Source: Candidatus Eiseniibacteriota bacterium (GTDB lineage Bacteria; Eisenbacteria; RBG-16-71-46; JABDJR01). Taken from it: 64,000 bases of DNA. The notes below the pieces were generated by a model. That model saw only the letters and a program-made list of their open reading frames with translations. It was not told the origin of the DNA and made no database searches. Of this stretch, positions 49,440 through 61,813 are shown in pieces. The stretch's first letter is position 1. Each line of letters starts with the position of its first letter. The position numbers and the translations under genes are program-made. Location of the stretch: positions 1,280,001-1,344,000 of the forward strand of contig CAVXKA010000001.1 in NCBI GenBank assembly GCA_963762255.1, written 5' to 3'.

Positions 49440-50372
49440 ATGCTGATCATCCGTGACCTCGTGAAGGTCTACCCCGGTCCCGTCGTCGCCCTTCAGGATG
49501 TGAACCTCGAGATCCCGCCGGGCATGTTCGGGCTGCTCGGACCGAACGGCGCCGGCAAGACCACGCTCATGCGCATCCTCGCCGGGCTCCTTGAGCCCAC
49601 TTCCGGCGACGTGACCCTCGACGGCGAGAACATCCTCACCAAGCCTGAACGACTGTGGGCGCGACTCGGCTACCTCCCGCAGGATTTCGGCTTCTACCCG
49701 CATCTCTCCGGCGAAGCCATGCTGACCTACCTGCTCGATCTCAAGGGCGTAGAAGCGCCGGGTGGGACGAAGGCGCTCGCGAAGCGGCTCCTCGAGCGCG
49801 TGAACCTCGCCTTCGCGGCCAAGCGCAAGGTGAAGTCGTACTCGGGCGGCATGCGACAGCGGCTCGGCATCGCCCAGGCCATCGCCGGCGACCCGCGCCT
49901 CATCATCGTCGACGAGCCGACCGCGGGCCTCGACCCCGAAGAGCGCCATCGCTTCTATCGGATCCTGGCCGAGCTGGCCGAGCATCGCACCGTGCTTCTC
50001 TCCACCCACATCGTCGAGGACGTGGCCGTCCTCTGCCCCCGATTCGCGGTGATCCGACAGGGGCGCTTGATCGCGCGCACGTCGCCCACCGAGGCGCGGG
50101 CCGCTATCGATGGGAAGATCTTCGAGGGGCGCATAGATCCTTCCGACATGGATCGCGTGAGCCGCGAGCACACCGTGACCCAGGCGGTGCTGGTCGAGGG
50201 GAAGAACCGTGTGCGTATCCACTCCGCGAGCGGCGCGGCGCCCGCCGGTTTCGAGCCGGTGACGGCCACGCTCGAGGACGCCTACCTCGTGCTCATGCGC
50301 ACCGAGGCCGCCGAGCAGTCCCGCCTCGACGCGGCGGCCTCCCGCCCGGTGGGCGCCGGTATCGCGCGATGA
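49440..50372 (+). CDS. ABC transporter ATP-binding protein
   Basis: GPNGAGKTT, YSGGMRQR, IIVDEPTAGLDP, STH. Confidence 0.95.
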   Translation: MLIIRDLVKVYPGPVVALQDVNLEIPPGMFGLLGPNGAGKTTLMRILAGLLEPTSGDVTLDGENILTKPERLWARLGYLPQDFGFYPHLSGEAMLTYLLDLKGVEAPGGTKALAKRLLERVNLAFAAKRKVKSYSGGMRQRLGIAQAIAGDPRLIIVDEPTAGLDPEERHRFYRILAELAEHRTVLLSTHIVEDVAVLCPRFAVIRQGRLIARTSPTEARAAIDGKIFEGRIDPSDMDRVSREHTVTQAVLVEGKNRVRIHSASGAAPAGFEPVTATLEDAYLVLMRTEAAEQSRLDAAASRPVGAGIAR

Positions 50373-53300
50373 GCGCCGCTCCGGACGCGACCCTGAGCAC
50401 CCTTCCGCCCCGCGCCAACGCCGGGTTCCGGCGCTTCCGTCTCGTCTTTCTCCAGGACTTCCGCCAATCCTGGCGCCGGCCGATGTTCTGGATTCTGATC
50501 GTGGTCCTCGCCCTGACCTCGTACGGTCTCTCGACCGGCCACATGCGGATCGCCTCCGGCGAATCGCAGGTGGGCGGCACCAAGGCATGGATCACCTCCC
50601 AGTTCGCGGTGACCCAGATGTTCGCCCTGGTGGTCTTCCTCTTCTACAGTTTCTTCGTCGCCATCGCGGCCGGGATGGCGGTGATTCAGGACGACGAGTT
50701 CAAAGTCGGGGAGATCCTGAACGCCACGCCGCTGCGGCCCCGGGAGTATGTCTGGGGTCGGTTCCTCGGCATCTTCGCCGCATTCCTCGCCGTCCTCGGG
50801 CTGCACACGCTCTTCGCGATCTTCTTCGGCCATGTCTTCCCGCACGCGGGTAAGGAGGAGATCTTCGGGCCGTTCGCGTTCGGGAACTACGCCATGCCCG
50901 CGCTCCTGATGGGTGTGCCCACCATCGTGCTCATGGCCGGCACCGCGTTCGCGATGGGAACGTGGACCCGCAAGCCGATCCTTGTCTTCGTGTTTCCCGT
51001 GGCCATGCTGCTCGTGTGCGGTTTTTTCATCTGGAACTGGTCGCCGAGCTGGCTCGATCCCAAGTGGAACAAGCTCCTCATGCTCCTGGACCCGGCCGGG
51101 TTCCGGTGGCTGAACGAGACCTGGCTCAAGGTGGACCGCGGCGTCGACTTCTATAACTCCGCGCGCGTTCCCCACGACGGCCTGTTCTGGCTGAACCGCG
51201 CGCTCGCGATGGGCATGGGCCTTCTCGCCGTCGTCTTCGCCGAGCGCCGGTTCGCGGCGTCCCTCCGAGGCGCCGACGCAGGCACGCGCGCGGCTCGCCG
51301 GGTCCGAGCCGCGCTCGCCGGCGCCGGCGAGCGCCAGGGCTCGGGTGACGCCGCGGCGGCGCTGGCGACCTACGCCGCCTCGGGGAGCGCCTCACTCGCC
51401 GAGCTCGAAATGCGAAGCGGTCGCCCGAGCTTCTTCGGCGGCACGATCGAGGTGCTGCGCGTCGAGCTGCGCGAGCTGCGGAGTTCCGCCGGGCTCTATC
51501 TCTTCGTGCCGATCATTCTCCTTCAGGTGATCGGGACCGCGGCCTTCGCGGTGGGCGCCTTCGACACGCCGCTGCTCAACACGGCCGGCGGCATCGCGAC
51601 GGGGGCCATGAACACCCTCACGCTTCTCGTCTGCCTGCTGCTTCTCTTCTACACCGTCGAGTCGCTGGAGCGTGAGAAGAACACGGGCTTCGGGGCGATG
51701 TTCTACACCACGCCCGTTCGGACCGCGTCGATTCTTCTCGGCAAGGCCCTGGCCAACAGCTTCGTGGGGATCGTGGTTCTCCTCGCTGCATTCCTCGGCT
51801 CGGCCATCGTCATCCTCTCCCAGGGGAAGATGCCGGTCGATCCGCTGCCCTTCATCCTGGTGTGGGGTCTCCTTCTGGTACCCACCTTCATCGCCTGGAC
51901 CGGGTTCACCTCGGCGCTATGGGCGCTGAGCGGGAACCGCTTCACGACCTATGGAATCGCGCTGGGCGCGCTCATGCTCACCGGCTATCTCCAGATGGCC
52001 GGGAAGATGTCGTGGGTGGGTAACTGGGATGTCTGGTCCGTGGTGAGATGGAGCGATCTCGGTGTGTTCGAGTTGGACCGCAAGGCGCTTCTCCTGAATC
52101 GCCTCATGGTGTTGGGGCTGGCCGCCTTCTTCATCACCCTCACCGCCCGGGTGTTTGCGCGGCGCAGCTTCGACGTGGTTCGCCTCATGGACCGTCTGCG
52201 CGTGGGCGCGCTCATGCGCGGCAGTCTGGCGCTCATCCCTTCGCTCGTGGTGGTGCTCGCCTGCGGCGCCTTCCTGAAAGTGGCGGTCGACCAGGGTTTC
52301 GAGGGAGAGTCGGCCAAGAAACTGATGAAGGACTATTGGCGCAAGAACCTCACCACCTGGAAGGATGCGCCGCTGCCCTCCATCGCCGGCGCCGACGTGG
52401 ATCTCACGCTGGAGCCTCGCGACCGCGCCTTTCGCACGAGCGGCTCCTACCTGCTCGTCAACCGTCTTGACCATTCCCTGCGGCAGATCCCTCTCACCAT
52501 CGGGCTCGACTGGAAGGACCAGGAGTGGATGCTGAACGGGGAGGGGGTCAAGCCCGAGGATCGTTCTCACCTCCTCGTGTTCACACCGACGCGGCCGCTC
52601 GCCCCCGGCGACTCGCTGCGCATCGGGTTCAAGTTCCACGGCGTCTTCCCCAAGGGAACGACCAAGAACGGCGGAGGCATCGAGGAGTTCGTCCTCCCCT
52701 CCGGCGTCGTGCTCACCAGCTTTCGTCCCACGTTTGTGCCGCTGCTGGGATTCCAGGAGGGGATCGGGATCGACGAGAAGAACCAGTACGACGCGAAGGA
52801 GTACGCCGACGACTTCTATGTGGGAGTAACCAAGAGCGGTTTCGGCGTGGACCGGCCCTATCCGACGCGCATCCGCATCACCGGCCCCGCCGAGTACACG
52901 CTCAACTCCGTGGGAACTTGCGTCAGCGACAGCGTCGCCGACGGCCGGCGCACCGTGGTGTGGGAGAGCGACCAGCCGGTCGGTTTCTTCAACGTGGTGG
53001 CGGGCCGCTGGGAGACGTGGCGCGGCGACGGAACCGCGATTTTCTACAACCGCAAGCACAAGGTGAACGTGGAGGAGATGGGGGAGGCCCTCGACGCGTC
53101 GAGGAAGTACTACTCGGAGTGGTTCCTCCCCTTCCCGTGGCGCGAACTCAAGCTGAGCGAGTTCCCCGCCCTCGCCAACTACGCGCAGGGGTTCCCAACC
53201 AACATCACGTTCTCGGAGGGGATCGGTTTTCTCACCAAGAGCGAACCCAAGACCAACCTCGCGTTCATGGTGACCGCTCACGAGGCGGCCCATCAGTGGT

Positions 53301-54061
53301 GGGGGAACATTCTCTCTCCGGGAGAAGGCCCGGGCGGCAACATCCTCTCCGAGGGAATGGCCCACTTCTCGACCATGCTCCTCATCGGCCAAGTGAAAGG
53401 GGAATACCAGCGGCGCGAGTTCGCCAAGCGCATCGAGTCGCGCTATGGCGACAACCGGCAAGCCGACTCCGAGCGCCCCCTGGTCAAGACCGACGGCTCG
53501 CGCGCCGGAGACACCACGGTGATGTACGACAAGGGAGGGTGGACCTTCTGGATGCTGCTCAACCACATGGGACGCGATAACGCGCTCGCCGGGTGTAAGG
53601 AGTTCATCGAGACCTACCGCGACAACCCCGACCATCCCGTGCTGCAGGATTTCGTCGCGGTCCTGCGCCCGCACGCGCCCGACTCGACCGCCTACGACGC
53701 CTTCGTGCAGCAATGGTTCTTCGACAAGGTGGTGCCGGAGTACCGCGTGAAGGACGCGAAGCGGACGGCGCTGACCGACGGTGCCACCGACAGCACAGGC
53801 ACCTGGGAGGTTACCGCGACTGTCGAGAACAAGGGGACGGGCCGGATGCCGGTCGTGGTGGCGGCGACGGTGGGCGACGCGTACGACAAGGAAGGCAAGC
53901 CGAAGGACGGCTATCGCGCGGAGCGGCAGACGATCGTGCTGGGAGCGGGAGAGAGCGCGGAGCTCAAGTTCCAGTGCGGGTTCAAGCCGGAGCGCGTGGT
54001 CGTGGATCCCGACGTGCTCGTGCTGCAGCTCGAGCGCGAGCGGGCGACGGCGGGGCTCTAA
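50369..54061 (+). CDS. ABC-2 permease fused to an M1-family aminopeptidase domain
   Basis: Two multi-TM permease halves, then AQGFP, HEAAHQWWG...LSEG and YDKG. Confidence 0.9.
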   Translation: MSAAPDATLSTLPPRANAGFRRFRLVFLQDFRQSWRRPMFWILIVVLALTSYGLSTGHMRIASGESQVGGTKAWITSQFAVTQMFALVVFLFYSFFVAIAAGMAVIQDDEFKVGEILNATPLRPREYVWGRFLGIFAAFLAVLGLHTLFAIFFGHVFPHAGKEEIFGPFAFGNYAMPALLMGVPTIVLMAGTAFAMGTWTRKPILVFVFPVAMLLVCGFFIWNWSPSWLDPKWNKLLMLLDPAGFRWLNETWLKVDRGVDFYNSARVPHDGLFWLNRALAMGMGLLAVVFAERRFAASLRGADAGTRAARRVRAALAGAGERQGSGDAAAALATYAASGSASLAELEMRSGRPSFFGGTIEVLRVELRELRSSAGLYLFVPIILLQVIGTAAFAVGAFDTPLLNTAGGIATGAMNTLTLLVCLLLLFYTVESLEREKNTGFGAMFYTTPVRTASILLGKALANSFVGIVVLLAAFLGSAIVILSQGKMPVDPLPFILVWGLLLVPTFIAWTGFTSALWALSGNRFTTYGIALGALMLTGYLQMAGKMSWVGNWDVWSVVRWSDLGVFELDRKALLLNRLMVLGLAAFFITLTARVFARRSFDVVRLMDRLRVGALMRGSLALIPSLVVVLACGAFLKVAVDQGFEGESAKKLMKDYWRKNLTTWKDAPLPSIAGADVDLTLEPRDRAFRTSGSYLLVNRLDHSLRQIPLTIGLDWKDQEWMLNGEGVKPEDRSHLLVFTPTRPLAPGDSLRIGFKFHGVFPKGTTKNGGGIEEFVLPSGVVLTSFRPTFVPLLGFQEGIGIDEKNQYDAKEYADDFYVGVTKSGFGVDRPYPTRIRITGPAEYTLNSVGTCVSDSVADGRRTVVWESDQPVGFFNVVAGRWETWRGDGTAIFYNRKHKVNVEEMGEALDASRKYYSEWFLPFPWRELKLSEFPALANYAQGFPTNITFSEGIGFLTKSEPKTNLAFMVTAHEAAHQWWGNILSPGEGPGGNILSEGMAHFSTMLLIGQVKGEYQRREFAKRIESRYGDNRQADSERPLVKTDGSRAGDTTVMYDKGGWTFWMLLNHMGRDNALAGCKEFIETYRDNPDHPVLQDFVAVLRPHAPDSTAYDAFVQQWFFDKVVPEYRVKDAKRTALTDGATDSTGTWEVTATVENKGTGRMPVVVAATVGDAYDKEGKPKDGYRAERQTIVLGAGESAELKFQCGFKPERVVVDPDVLVLQLERERATAGL

Positions 54062-54101
54062 CCCCCCCCGCAATTCCTTAGATCATGAAGACTTACGGTT
54101 C

Positions 54102-54146
54102 TTGCATTTCGACGCTCATTGCGTCACTATTGACGAGTTATGCGTC
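54102..54146 (+). promoter_or_regulatory. Promoter with tandem palindromic operators upstream of the MNT-HEPN pair
   Basis: TTGCAT-17-CACTAT. GACGCTCATTGCGTC (54111) and GACGAGTTATGCGTC (54132) lie 21 bp apart, the second covering the ATG. Confidence 0.6.
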
Positions 54147-54769
54147 AAACAAGAAGCCGTCTTCTCGCGCCCATGCAGGAGAGAATCCTGGCCCTGATGC
54201 TTCTCCGACCGGAGCGCCAGTGGTATCGGAGTGAGCTGGCGCGGGTGCTCGGTGTTCCAACGTCAAGTCTCCAGCGCCCGCTCGGGTCCCTCTGCGAATC
54301 ACAGGTGCTTACCGCCCGCAGGGACGGAAACCGCCTCTACTATCAAGCCAACGCGCGGAGCCCTCTCTTTCCGGAGCTTCGAGGGCTGCTGGTCAAGACG
54401 TCCGGTCTCGTCGGAGTCCTGAGGGACGAGCTCGAACCCCTCGCGCCAAAGGTCACGGTAGCCCTAGTCTATGGTTCGATCGCTTCTGGGGAAGAGACCT
54501 CCGACAGCGACGTGGACCTTCTTGTCGTGGGGGCCGTCGGTCTCAGGGATCTCGCGGCGCCGCTTCGCGGTGCCGCCGTGCGTTTGGGACGCGAGGTGAA
54601 TCCCATCGTCTATTCGGAGGCTGAGTTCGCAGCAAAGTCCAGAGCCGGAAACGACTTCTTAGTGGCTGTCTTGGATAAGCCCAGGCTCTTTGTCGTGGGG
54701 ACAGAGGATGACGTTCGCAGAGCTTCTCAAGCAAAGGCGCGTGGCCCTGGAGCCGGTCGGGCCGGATGA
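54140..54769 (+). CDS. Winged-HTH plus minimal nucleotidyltransferase (MNT) antitoxin-like protein
   Basis: ELARVLG...GNRLYYQAN HTH and YGSIASGEETSDSDVDLLVVG (GS...DxD). Confidence 0.88.
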   Translation: MRQTRSRLLAPMQERILALMLLRPERQWYRSELARVLGVPTSSLQRPLGSLCESQVLTARRDGNRLYYQANARSPLFPELRGLLVKTSGLVGVLRDELEPLAPKVTVALVYGSIASGEETSDSDVDLLVVGAVGLRDLAAPLRGAAVRLGREVNPIVYSEAEFAAKSRAGNDFLVAVLDKPRLFVVGTEDDVRRASQAKARGPGAGRAG

Positions 54770-55151
54770 AATAGTCCTGCTTCGGGCGCTCGCCAATCGC
54801 TACATTGCTGATGCCGCGATCGAGGAGATGTCCCCCGAAGGTCGCTTCCAGCAGGCCTATGGGGCTGCGCGGACCCTCGCCACCATGGTCGTTCGAGCTT
54901 CCGGATACCGGGTCAAGCAGCCCGGAGCCCACTTCAGTACCTTCTTGGCCTTGGAAGCCGCTGATCCAGGGATCTTCCTCGACTACGCCACGTACTTCGA
55001 CACATGCCGTGCTCTGCGGAATGAACTTACCTACGAAGGCCCGGCGGGGATCTCCGAAACAGAGCTGGAGGAGGTCCTAAGAGTCGTCCCCGAATTCAGG
55101 CAGGCGATCGAGGCGTGGATTGCCCTGAATCATCCCGAGTTCGCACCATAG
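54708..55151 (+). CDS. HEPN-like protein (toxin-like partner)
   Basis: AYGAA...GYRV...H and RALRNELTYEG (R-x4-Y variant of the HEPN motif). Overlaps the MNT gene. Confidence 0.7.
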   Translation: MTFAELLKQRRVALEPVGPDEIVLLRALANRYIADAAIEEMSPEGRFQQAYGAARTLATMVVRASGYRVKQPGAHFSTFLALEAADPGIFLDYATYFDTCRALRNELTYEGPAGISETELEEVLRVVPEFRQAIEAWIALNHPEFAP

Positions 55152-55217
55152 GCCCGGTGGTCCCCCGGGAGCCCCGCTGGTAGACTGTGCCCGCGCCTCC
55201 GGCAGAGGGAAGAACCC

Positions 55218-57116
<1,899 letters not shown>

Positions 57117-57273
57117 GGCGGCACCAGCCTTAGAAAAAATTCTCTGAAATAACTTGATCCCGCCCTGCGCGGCGGGGTAGATTTCCCTCCGTTCGCCCTG
57201 AACATTATCCGTTCTACCCGCATCAGGGGCGCGCGTCCCGGCCCCGCATTATCCCACTCAAGGAGGCCCCCTC

Positions 57274-60200
57274 ATGTCTCGACGTATTCTGCCCATCCCA
57301 CTGCTGATCCGCGTGGTCGGCTTGGCTCTGGCCCTCGCGGTGTCTCCCGCGATCGCGCTCGGCGAAGTCCCCCAGCCGAGTTCGATCTGTCCGTCGAGCA
57401 TCTCGGTCCCGATCTCACTGGAACTTGCGGCACCCGAGGCGTCGATCGCACCCGGCGCGGCGGTCACCCTCACCGGGACCTTGCTCCCCGGTACGGAGCT
57501 GGCATCCGCCGAGCTCGCGATCTCGTCCGAGGGATCCGTCGAGCTGCTGGGGCCGACCGTTCTCACCTCGGGTCCTTTGGCGAACGGCCAGGCTTGGGTC
57601 TTCGAGATCCCCGTCCGCTACACCGCAAGCGGTCGCTCCGCGGTATTCGTTCGCGCGCTGGCCGATGACGGCACCGGCGGGGATCGGTTCGAGAAGAACG
57701 AAGGGATCTACACGATCTTCCACAACAACCGGCCGGTCGTCGCGATGGGCGACTACTTGCGCGCCGAACAGCGGGCGATCGAGCAGGATCTCAACTCGGG
57801 AGCGCTCACCGAGACGGAAGCTCGCGCCCAGATGCGGGAGAAATCCAGACCGGAACGCTTGCTGAACTTCAAGCTTCCTCCGATGCAGGGCGCCCCGCCT
57901 CCTCCCCCCAGCGGCACGCAGGTCATCGCACCGGCAGCCCTGGATGGAGGTGAGATCGCTCTCCAGGCGAGCCCCGCGTCGCCGACAGGCAATATCACGG
58001 TGCAAGGCACGGTGACCTGGCTCGACGAGAACGGGAACCCTCACCCGGCGTTCGGAGTGACGGTTCAGGTGCGGGACGATGAACTCATCGGCTCGGAACT
58101 GGTGGCCGCCATGGCAACCGGCACCGACGGCGCGTACCACTTCGTCGTCGACAACGATGACGGCATCGGCGCGGGCAACCGGGACATCTTCGTTCGGTTC
58201 ATCTCCGCGAACGCGGCGGTCTCCATCGAGACCGAGGGCATCCTGCACGCCGCCTACGAGGCCGACACCGGCATCTACGACGAGACGCCGGACGGCACCC
58301 TCATCACCGAGAACTTCACCGCCGCCAACACCGGCACCGGCCCCTCCCTGGGACTCCTGACCGGCGCCACCTACGTCGCCTCCTACACGGCGCACCTCAA
58401 TAGCGACAGCGTTCCTGGGCGGCATCCGGTTCGAGTGGCCCGGCGACACCGGCTCCGCGAACTACAACGGAAGCCGCATCAACCTGCGCCCCGGCGATCG
58501 CTGGGACTGGGACGTGATGTTCCACGAGTACGGACACTACGTTCAGGACAGCTTCAACTTCGAGAACGGCGTCGGCGGGCCCCACAACATCGGGGATTGC
58601 ATCGCCGACGTGCACAACAGCAAGAGCGAAGGCGTGCGGATGTCGTGGAGCGAGGGTTGGCCGACCTACTTCGGCACCGTCGCTCAGGACTACTTCAACC
58701 TCTCCTCGCTCAACGTCCCGCGCGTAGGCGACGTGAACTACGGGGACACCGGCGAGAGCAACTTCAGCTACAGCCTCGATGCCCAGGACAACAACGGACG
58801 GGGCGAGGACAACGAGCTCACCGTCCAGCGCATCCTGTGGGACTACTACGACACGAACTCGGACGGTCGCGACAACGTGACCACCTCCGAGACCACCCTG
58901 TTCAACATCCTGCGGGGCACGAACACCGAGACCCTCTCCGGAGGGATCGGGCTGATCCGCGCCACGCTGTCCAGCCAGCAGGACCTGGCCTACGGCGCGA
59001 TCACCACCGATCACCTGGTGGGGCCCTCGTTGAACTCGCCCGCGGCAGGGGCGATCGTCTCGCCCGCGAGCGCCAACTTCTCGTGGGATGCGCTCGTCGG
59101 ATGTCCGCTCCTCCTACAGCGGGGACTCGTTCGATCTCGTGTTCTATAACGCGAGCACGTTCGCGAAGATCCTGACGATCGGGGGCCTCGCCACGACGTC
59201 GCGGTCCTTGACGCTGCCCGAGTTACAGACGCTGGTGGCGTCGAGTCATCAAGTGCTGTGGGCGGTGGAGGGAAGGAACTCTTCCGGTCCGGCCACCGGT
59301 CCGTACCTGGGGGAGAGTTTTGCGATCACGGTGAACCAGCCGCCGGTGGCGGACGCGGGTCCGGACCAGACGGTGGAGTGCACGTCGCACACGACGACGT
59401 CGGCGGTGCTGAACGGGACGGGGTCGAGCGATCCGGACGGGGACGTGTTGACGTACCACTGGACGGGTCCGGTCGGGGTGACGTTCGACAACGCGAACGC
59501 GGCGATCACGACGGGGCACTTTCCGGAGGGTGCGACGGTGGTGACGCTGACGGTCTCCGACGGGATCGAGAGCGACCAGGATCAGATGACGGTGACGGTG
59601 GTGGACACGACGCCGCCGGTGATCGTCTGCCCGGCGGACATCACGGTGGAGTGCACGTCGCACGACGGGACGCCGAAGGGGGACGCGCAGCTGGTGCCGT
59701 TCTTCAGCGGGGTGTCTGCGACGGATGTGTGCGACAGCGCGCCGGATCTGACGAACGACGCACCGGACTACTTCGCGCTGGGAGCGACGGTGGTGACGTT
59801 CACGGCGACGGACGCGGACGGGAACTCGGCATCGTGTCAGGCGACGGTGACGGTGGAGGACACGACGCCGCCCGTGATCACGGTGGAGCTGAACCGGGAC
59901 GTGCTGTGGCCGCCGAACCACAAGATGTCGGACATCCTGGCGACGGTCGTAGTCACGGACATTTGCGATCCGAGCCCGACGTACGTGCTGACCTCGATCA
60001 CGAGCGACGAGCCGGACAACGGGTTGGGGGACGGAGACACGGACGGGGACATCGTGGCCGACCTGGGGACGCCGGACCAGGTGTTCCAGTTGCGGTCGGA
60101 GCGGATGGGTGGTGGGGATGGTCGCAAGTACACGATCCTCTACACCGCGAGCGACGGATCGGGGAACACGGCGCCGGACACGGCGTGCGTGCGGGTGCCG

Positions 60201-60926
60201 CACGACAGGTCGGGGATGGCGTTGTGCTCGGTAGGGTTCTCGTCGAACGGAGCGAGCCTGGATCCGCAGGCCCCCGGGTTCCGGTTGGTGGTGGTGTCGA
60301 CGGGAGAGATGGACGCGTGGCGCCTGGATCCGAAGCGGGTCTACGTGGGCAACCAGGCAGGGGTGATCTTGCCGATCGAGTGGCGGTTGGTGGACGTGGA
60401 CAAGGATCGGAACCTGGACCTGGAGGTGATCTACGACGCGCTGAAGGCACGGGAGATGCGGTCGCAGGCGACCAAGAAGAACCCGTTGGGACTGCACTAT
60501 CAGGGCGCGGACGGGGTCGACTATCTGGTGGGTGACATCTTCGGGCTGGGGACGCCGATCGCGCTGGTCGAGGATCCGGCGGAGCGCGATGGCGCCGAGC
60601 TGGCGGACATCGTCGCGGCGGACGATCCGATGGATCAACAGCCGGGTGTATCGGTGAGCACCTCCGAGGTGAAGCCTGGGCTGCAGGCGGGACCGCAGGG
60701 ATCGACGCTGACGCTGGCGGAAGGGGGTTCGGTCATCGTGGAGATCTTCAACGTGACCGGACGTCGGGTGAAGACGCTGGTGAACGCGAATCTGGCCCGG
60801 GGCCCGCACACGCTGCGCTGGGACGGGCGTGACGACAGCGGCCGGCGGATGCCGGAAGGGATCTACTTCTACCGCGTCCAGGCCCCCGGTCTGCAGACTG
60901 TGAAGAAGGTCCTGTTGGTTCGATAG
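57274..60926 (+). CDS. Large secreted modular zinc metalloprotease (HEYGH) with PKD/HYR repeats and FlgD-Ig C-terminal domain; frameshifts near 58410 and 59108
   Basis: Signal peptide, FHEYGHYV...WSEGW, PVADAGPDQTV...SSDPDGD, DTTPPVI x2, LWPPNHKM, IFNVTGRRVKTLV...WDGRDDSG...GIYFYR. Confidence 0.85.
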
Positions 60927-60939
60927 GCATGCAAACGCG

Positions 60940-60971
60940 GAGCGGGGGCGCCGGTAATGGCGCCCCCGCTC
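60940..60971. terminator. Hairpin between convergent genes
   Basis: GAGCGGGGGCGCC-ggtaat-GGCGCCCCCGCTC, perfect 13-bp stem, no U-tract. Confidence 0.65.
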
Positions 60972-60978
60972 GTGCGTG

Positions 60979-61698
60979 TCAGTCCGTGGAATCCGCCCGC
61001 GCGATGACGTACGAGAGATGGATCAATCCCGCGTCCGCGCAGGCGTTCGTGTACTCCACATCCTGCGCGGTGAGGCACACGACACGATAATCCGCCAGGA
61101 TCGCCTCCTCACCGTGGAGGAGCGACACCGAGGCCTCGGCGTGTGTCACCCGCAACCGCATGTTCTTGATGAAGGTGAAGCACTCGCCGGTGGAGCGGCT
61201 CACGCAGTCTGTGGGTTCGAGCGCCAGGCTGAACCCGGGGATGCCGGTGGTGAGCGCCAGCTCGCCGGGGCCGCGATCGCTCGCCGCGGCGAAGAGGACG
61301 CCCTTATCGTCCTCGATGAGGATGCCGCTGGCTTCGGGAGACCCACCTACATGGTCGAGCACCACGCGGTACGAGCGGCCGGGAGTCACCGGAAGCGCCA
61401 CGACCCGGTCGGGATGTTCCCGGATTCCGTAGCGCAACGTGTCGAGGCCGCTGGTGCCCGCGTCGCGGATCACCAGCTCCTGAAGCCCGTTCTCGTCGAC
61501 CGGCGAGAGTGAGACGACCGGCCCCTCGACATCGAGGTGCGTGGAAGGCGAGAGGGCGAGGGTGTACGCGGTGATCGCGCCGACCGGTTCCGCGGTGCAA
61601 GCTGAGTCGGCGTCTCCGCAGGTGGGGGCGCCGACGACGAGGAAGAGGGCTGCGGCGCCAAAGGCCGCCCCCGGCGAACGGGAAAGAAAACGAAACAT
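60979..61698 (-). CDS. Hypothetical exported Cys-containing protein
   Basis: Hydrophobic N-terminus followed by C, GGAGG upstream, several Cys residues. Confidence 0.65.
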   Translation of the reverse strand: MFRFLSRSPGAAFGAAALFLVVGAPTCGDADSACTAEPVGAITAYTLALSPSTHLDVEGPVVSLSPVDENGLQELVIRDAGTSGLDTLRYGIREHPDRVVALPVTPGRSYRVVLDHVGGSPEASGILIEDDKGVLFAAASDRGPGELALTTGIPGFSLALEPTDCVSRSTGECFTFIKNMRLRVTHAEASVSLLHGEEAILADYRVVCLTAQDVEYTNACADAGLIHLSYVIARADSTD

Positions 61699-61813
61699 GA
61701 TCAATCCTCCCGGGACGGGGCATTGAAGCTATCCTGCTCGCGGCCTGTCATAATCCTAGCATTCCAGGCTCTCACTTCCCGCATGCCCTCACCGACTTCG
61801 TGGAGGACGGCTC

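Noticed and set aside
49655-50368. N-terminal extension of the 1468-aa ORF
   Set aside because: It overlaps the ABC ATPase in another frame. The real start is the ATG at 50369 (ATGA coupling).
58390-59120. Programmed frameshifting in the large protease, cusA or TrmH
   Set aside because: No slippery heptamers are evident and indels are widespread, so sequencing error is the simpler explanation.
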